Shown here one piece after another: positions 59,651 to 64,000 of a stretch of 64,000 bases of DNA. The stretch's first letter is position 1. Each line of letters opens with the position of its first letter. The translations under genes and the position numbers were made by a program. The notes under the pieces were generated by a model, which searched no databases, was not told the origin of the DNA, and saw only the letters and a program-made list of their open reading frames with translations. Source of the stretch: Candidatus Eiseniibacteriota bacterium. GTDB lineage: Bacteria > Eisenbacteria > RBG-16-71-46. Location: contig CAVQXP010000004.1 of the NCBI GenBank assembly GCA_963717935.1, forward strand, positions 192,001 through 256,000. Reading direction: 5' to 3'.

Positions 59651-61153
59651 ATGGCCAATCCGCTCTTCGCCACCAAACCGCTCAGCCTGTTGCTCGAGGA
59701 GATGAGGGGGGAGAACCGGCTTCGCCGCGTCCTTGGCCCCATCCAGCTCACCAGTCTCGGCGTCGGCGCCGTCATCGGGGCCGGCATCTTCGTGGCCACC
59801 GGCGCGGCCGCCCACAACGTGGCTGGCCCCGCGTTGATGCTCTCCTACGTGATCGCGGGCATCACCTGCATCTTCGCCGCGCTCTGCTACGCCGAGTTCG
59901 CCTCGATGGTCCCGGTCGCCGGCTCGGCCTACACCTACGCCTACGCCACGCTCGGGGAGCTGTTCGCCTGGATCATCGGCTGGGACCTGGTGCTGGAATA
60001 CGCCGTCGGCAGCGCGACCGTGGCCACGGGCTGGTCGGGCTACTTCCAGAACGTCCTGCTCAAGCTGAACTACCAGCTTCCGCTGGCCCTGCGCGAGTCC
60101 CCGTGGAAGTACGACGTCACGACCGGGGACTTCATCGCCACGAACTCGATGATCAACCTGCCCGCCATCATCATCGTCTGCATCGTCACGGCGGTCCTGG
60201 TGAAGGGGATCCAGGAGAGCGCGAACTTCAACGCCACCATGGTGGGCATCAAGCTGGCGGCGGTGCTGTTCGTCATCGGGGTCGGCGTGTTCTATCTCAA
60301 TCCCGCGAACTGGCATCCGTTCGCGCCCTACGGCTGGACCGGCGTGGGCTTCTTCGGCCACCACGTGGCGGGCCAGACCGACCCGCAGGGGGCGCCGATC
60401 GGCATGCTCGCGGGCGCGGCGATCATCTTCTTCGCCTACATCGGGTTCGACTCGGTCTCGACCCACGCCGAGGAGGCGCGCGTGCCGCAGCGCGACGTGC
60501 CGATCGGCATCATCGCGTCGCTCCTGATCTGCACCGTCCTCTACATCCTCGTGGTCGCCATCCTCACCGGCATGGTGCGCTACGACCAGCTCGACACCGC
60601 CGCCCCGGTCAGCATGGCATTCCGCCATGTGGGGCTGGGATGGGCCGAGGCCATCATCGCCACGGCCGGCGTGGCCGGCATCACCTCGGTGCTGCTCGTG
60701 ATGATGCTGTCCGGCCCCCGCGTGTTCCTGGCGATGGCGCGCGACGGCCTCGTCCCCAGGAGCTTCTTCGGCGCCGTGCACCCGCGGTTCCGGACCCCGT
60801 ACAAGACCACGATGCTGATCGGCGCGTTCGTCGCGGTCCTTGCGGGCCTGCTGCCGATCGACGCCCTCCTGCACCTGACCAACATCGGCACGCTGCTCGC
60901 CTTCGTGATCGTGTGCACGGCCGTGCTGATCATGCGCTACACGCATCCCGAGGCGGAGCGGCCGTTCCGGGCCCCGCTGGTCCCGCTGGTGCCCATCCTC
61001 GGCATCCTGTCCTGCCTGATGCTCATGTTCTCGCTGCCCGTCGCCAACTGGTGGCGGCTGTTCGCCTGGCTGGGGATCGGCTTCGTCATCTACTTCGCCT
61101 ACGGCCGGCGCCACAGCGTCATGGCGAAGGCCCGGGCCGCCACCGGGCGCTGA
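59651..61153 (+). CDS. APC family amino acid permease (CAT/YfnA-like)
   Basis: LGVGAVIGAGIF, YAEFASMVPVAGSAYTY, FFAYIGFD, AMARDGL. Confidence 0.93.
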   Translation: MANPLFATKPLSLLLEEMRGENRLRRVLGPIQLTSLGVGAVIGAGIFVATGAAAHNVAGPALMLSYVIAGITCIFAALCYAEFASMVPVAGSAYTYAYATLGELFAWIIGWDLVLEYAVGSATVATGWSGYFQNVLLKLNYQLPLALRESPWKYDVTTGDFIATNSMINLPAIIIVCIVTAVLVKGIQESANFNATMVGIKLAAVLFVIGVGVFYLNPANWHPFAPYGWTGVGFFGHHVAGQTDPQGAPIGMLAGAAIIFFAYIGFDSVSTHAEEARVPQRDVPIGIIASLLICTVLYILVVAILTGMVRYDQLDTAAPVSMAFRHVGLGWAEAIIATAGVAGITSVLLVMMLSGPRVFLAMARDGLVPRSFFGAVHPRFRTPYKTTMLIGAFVAVLAGLLPIDALLHLTNIGTLLAFVIVCTAVLIMRYTHPEAERPFRAPLVPLVPILGILSCLMLMFSLPVANWWRLFAWLGIGFVIYFAYGRRHSVMAKARAATGR

Positions 61154-61160
61154 GGCCGCC

Positions 61161-62624
61161 GTGGAGACCGTCCGCGAGTTCAAGCGCGAGCTGCGGCTGC
61201 TCGACTCGACGATGATCGTGATCGGATCCATGATCGGATCCGGGATCTTCATCGTCAGCGCCGACATCGGCCGCACCGTCGGGGGCCCGGGCTGGATGCT
61301 GATGTCCTGGCTCGTCGCCGGGGTCATCACGGTCATCGGCGCGCTCTCCTACGGCGAGCTGGCCGGCATGATGCCGCGCGCCGGCGGCCAGTACGTCTAC
61401 CTGCGCGAGGCGTACAACCCGCTCGTCGCATTCCTCTACGGCTGGACCCTGTTCACAGTGATCCAGACCGGCACGATCGCGGCCGTGGCCGTGGCCTTCG
61501 CCAAATTCACGGCCGTGCTCGTCCCCGCGCTGGGCGAGGACGTCTTGCTGTTCGACGCCGGGCTCTTCAAGGTGACCGCCGCACGCGTGGTGGCCATCGC
61601 GAGCATCGTCCTGCTCACCACGGTCAACCGCCACGGGCTGCACGGCGGCCGGCTGGTCCAGAACGTCTTCACGCTCACCAAGACCATCGCCGTGCTCGGC
61701 CTCATCACGCTGGGGCTCGCGCTCGGGAGCAATGCGCAGGCCGTCGCCGCGAACTTCGGCGACTTCTGGCGCGCGAGCTGGACGCACGTCTCCGCAGGCG
61801 CGGTCACCTCGGTGGAGCCCCTCGCGGGCCTCGCGCTGCTCGGGGCCCTCGGCGCCTCGATGGTCGGCTCGCTCTTCGCCAGCGACGCCTGGAACAACAT
61901 CACGTTCACGGCCGGCGAGGTGGTCGAGCCGAAGCGGAACGTCCCGCTGAGCCTCGCGCTGGGGACCGGCACGGTCGTCCTGCTCTACCTGCTGGCGAAC
62001 CTCGCCTACATCCGGATGCTGCCCGTGGAGGGCGTGCCCGGCGCGCCCGACGTGCTCGGGCGCGGCATCCAGTTCGCGACCTCCGACCGCGTCGGCGTGG
62101 CCGCCGCGACCATGCTCTTCGGCGCGCCGGCCGCGGTCTTCATGGCCGCGCTCATCATGGTCTCGACCTTCGGGTGCAACAACGGCCTCATCCTGGCGGG
62201 CGCGCGCGTCTACTACGCGATGGCGCGGGACGGGCTCTTCTTCGCGAGGGCGGGGCTGCTGAACCGCAAGGCGGTCCCGGGCGCGGCGCTGGTCGTGCAG
62301 GCCGTCTGGGCGAGCCTGCTCTGCCTCACCGGCACCTACGGCAACCTGCTCGATTACGTCATCTTCGCGGTGCTGATCTTCTACGGCCTCACGGTCGCGG
62401 GGCTCTTCGTCCTGCGGCGGAAGCGGCCCGACGCCGAGCGGCCCTACCGCGCCTTCGGCTACCCGGTCGTGCCGGCGCTCTACATCCTGGCCGCGGCGGC
62501 GATCGCGGTGGACCTGCTCATCCTCAAGCCCGCCTACACCTGGCCCGGGCTCGGGATCGTCCTGCTCGGCGTGCCGGTGTATCTCGCGTGGACAAGGACG
62601 ACGAGGACCCGGACGGGAGCCTGA
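61161..62624 (+). CDS. APC family amino acid permease (LAT/SteT-like)
   Basis: GSMIGSGIF, YGELAGMMPRAGGQYVYL, ARVYYAMARDGLFF, RPYRAFGYP. Confidence 0.93.
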   Translation: METVREFKRELRLLDSTMIVIGSMIGSGIFIVSADIGRTVGGPGWMLMSWLVAGVITVIGALSYGELAGMMPRAGGQYVYLREAYNPLVAFLYGWTLFTVIQTGTIAAVAVAFAKFTAVLVPALGEDVLLFDAGLFKVTAARVVAIASIVLLTTVNRHGLHGGRLVQNVFTLTKTIAVLGLITLGLALGSNAQAVAANFGDFWRASWTHVSAGAVTSVEPLAGLALLGALGASMVGSLFASDAWNNITFTAGEVVEPKRNVPLSLALGTGTVVLLYLLANLAYIRMLPVEGVPGAPDVLGRGIQFATSDRVGVAAATMLFGAPAAVFMAALIMVSTFGCNNGLILAGARVYYAMARDGLFFARAGLLNRKAVPGAALVVQAVWASLLCLTGTYGNLLDYVIFAVLIFYGLTVAGLFVLRRKRPDAERPYRAFGYPVVPALYILAAAAIAVDLLILKPAYTWPGLGIVLLGVPVYLAWTRTTRTRTGA

Positions 62625-62645
62625 CGGCGCCCCCGGGGCGCGGCA

Positions 62646-62990
62646 CTAGCCTGGCGGCCACCTCAACTGGCGTCCGCCGAACAGGTGGACGTGGAGGTGG
62701 TAGACGGACTGGCCGGCCTCCGGCCCCACGTTCGTGACCAGGCGCCACCCCAGGTCGAGCCGCTCGTCGCGCGCGATCTTCGCGGCCAGTCCGAACAGCT
62801 CCGTCAGCATGACGGCGTGCTGCGGGCCCAGGTCGGCCGCCGAGTCGGCGACGTGTTCCTTGGGGATCAGCAGGACGTGGGTCGGCGTCTGGGGGTTGTT
62901 GTCACGGAAGGCGTAGACATGCGTGGTCTCGCCCACCTTCTTCGCGGGGATCCTGCCCGCGGCGATCTCGCAGAAGATGCAGTCGGACAC
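62646..62990 (-). CDS. Histidine triad nucleotide-binding protein (HinT-like)
   Basis: DCIFCEI, HVLLIPKEH, AGQSVYHLHVHLFGG. Confidence 0.93.
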   Translation of the reverse strand: MSDCIFCEIAAGRIPAKKVGETTHVYAFRDNNPQTPTHVLLIPKEHVADSAADLGPQHAVMLTELFGLAAKIARDERLDLGWRLVTNVGPEAGQSVYHLHVHLFGGRQLRWPPG

Positions 62991-63091
62991 CGGAGTCTCC
63001 TTCAGGTCGGATTCGAGCCGGGCTCGACCATATCATCTCGCGCCTCGGGCAACGAAGGGGCGCGGCGCTTCCAGCCGCCTCGCGGGCGGGA

Positions 63092-64000
63092 CTACCGCGG
63101 AGCGACGGCGGCGCCCGCGGCCGGACGCGCAGCCGGCTCCGGGCCGGGCTGCGCCAGCTCCTGCTCGAGCAGGTCCGCCACCCGCCGGGTGAAGACCCCG
63201 GCTCCTTGACGGTTGAGGTGCGCCCGGTCGCGGTAGAGCGCGGCGTGCGCCAGCTCGGGATAGCGCTCGGGCGTCAGGTGGTGGAACGGCACGTCCAGAT
63301 CGCGCGCCACGCGCTCGAACTCGGCCATCGCCTGTGGGCCCACCCGGCCACCCCAGGTCGGGCTCTCGACGAAGACGATGCGCGCGCCATGGCCGCGGAC
63401 GTCGGCCACCAGCTGCCGCAGCTCGCGGCCGAACCAGGGCCCGAGACCGACGTCGGGGCGCGCGGGCCCTCCGGGCACGGCGTCCGCGGGCAGCGCGCCG
63501 TCGAGCGGCTCGAAGCCCCAGGTCATCGGCGGCGTGTCGCGGTTGGCCAGGATCGCGAGCATCAGGCCGTTGTACCGGTAGGCGTGGCTCGCGAGCTTCA
63601 CGCGGTTCCGCCAGTCGCGGCCGAGGATCCGGGTCACCGCCGCGTCGCGGCCGTAGAACGGCGACAGCAACTGGGCCGAGATCCGGTCGCGGTCCAGGTA
63701 GCTCACGTCGAAGACCACGAGCCGCGGCGGGTGGGCCGCGGCGGCCAGCGCCAGCAGCCCGCGCGAGAACACGACGCCGCGGCCATCGACCCCGGCGGCG
63801 AAGGTGCGCAGCCCGAGCCGTTCCGTGAGCGCGCGGTCGTCGTAGTGGTGGAGCGCCGTCGAGGCGCCGAGCACGAGCACGTCCGCGCGCGCGCGGATGG
63901 CCGAGTTCACCTGGCCCACCAGCTGCCCCTCGCCCACCGTGGCGTGGAGCGCGTCCAGCCACCGCCCGGCGCCCGCGTCGAGCAGCACGAGCAGCAGCGC
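63092..64000 (-). CDS. SGNH/DltD-like membrane-anchored protein, 5' end outside window
   Basis: VLVLGAS (G-x-S) and YRDRAHLN (DxxH) motifs; hydrophobic N-terminal part runs off the edge. Confidence 0.55.
   Translation of the reverse strand, partial: ALLLVLLDAGAGRWLDALHATVGEGQLVGQVNSAIRARADVLVLGASTALHHYDDRALTERLGLRTFAAGVDGRGVVFSRGLLALAAAAHPPRLVVFDVSYLDRDRISAQLLSPFYGRDAAVTRILGRDWRNRVKLASHAYRYNGLMLAILANRDTPPMTWGFEPLDGALPADAVPGGPARPDVGLGPWFGRELRQLVADVRGHGARIVFVESPTWGGRVGPQAMAEFERVARDLDVPFHHLTPERYPELAHAALYRDRAHLNRQGAGVFTRRVADLLEQELAQPGPEPAARPAAGAAVAPR

Overview
High-GC bacterial chromosomal window; TonB-dependent, TolC and FadL-type outer-membrane proteins indicate a diderm. It contains no rRNA, tRNA, CRISPR array, transposase or integrase. 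Many genes in 1-21 kb and 42.7-43.5 kb are broken by small indels that look like consensus errors. Main content, left to right: rhomboid protease and a Met/Cys-rich Spy/CpxP-like protein; a TPP riboswitch ahead of a Na+/solute symporter and a TonB-dependent receptor; a TetR-TolC-MFP-RND efflux operon; mutY, moaA, murB; an Rdx/SelW-type selenoprotein (CxxU plus SECIS-like hairpin) that the ORF track splits; a ~16.5 kb minus-strand energy operon etfB-etfA-hdrF-like-hdrD-like-hdrA-mvhD-mvhG-[Cache kinase, REC-kinase, REC]-hdrC-hdrB-mvhA-DUF169-maturation protease; a divergent transketolase; bacterioferritin; a five-gene operon (homoisocitrate-dehydrogenase-like, HMG-CoA-lyase-like, class III CoA transferase, aconitase-type large and small subunits) that lacks a synthase; a run of co-oriented accessory genes with eroded attC-like sites; and a peptide/amino-acid uptake block (AbgT, secreted MEMO1-like protein, M13 peptidase, two APC permeases). 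The best candidates for undescribed systems are the synthase-less tricarboxylate operon and the putatively formate-sensing phosphorelay inserted inside the Mvh-Hdr-Etf operon. All family calls come from motif recognition by eye; no searches were run.
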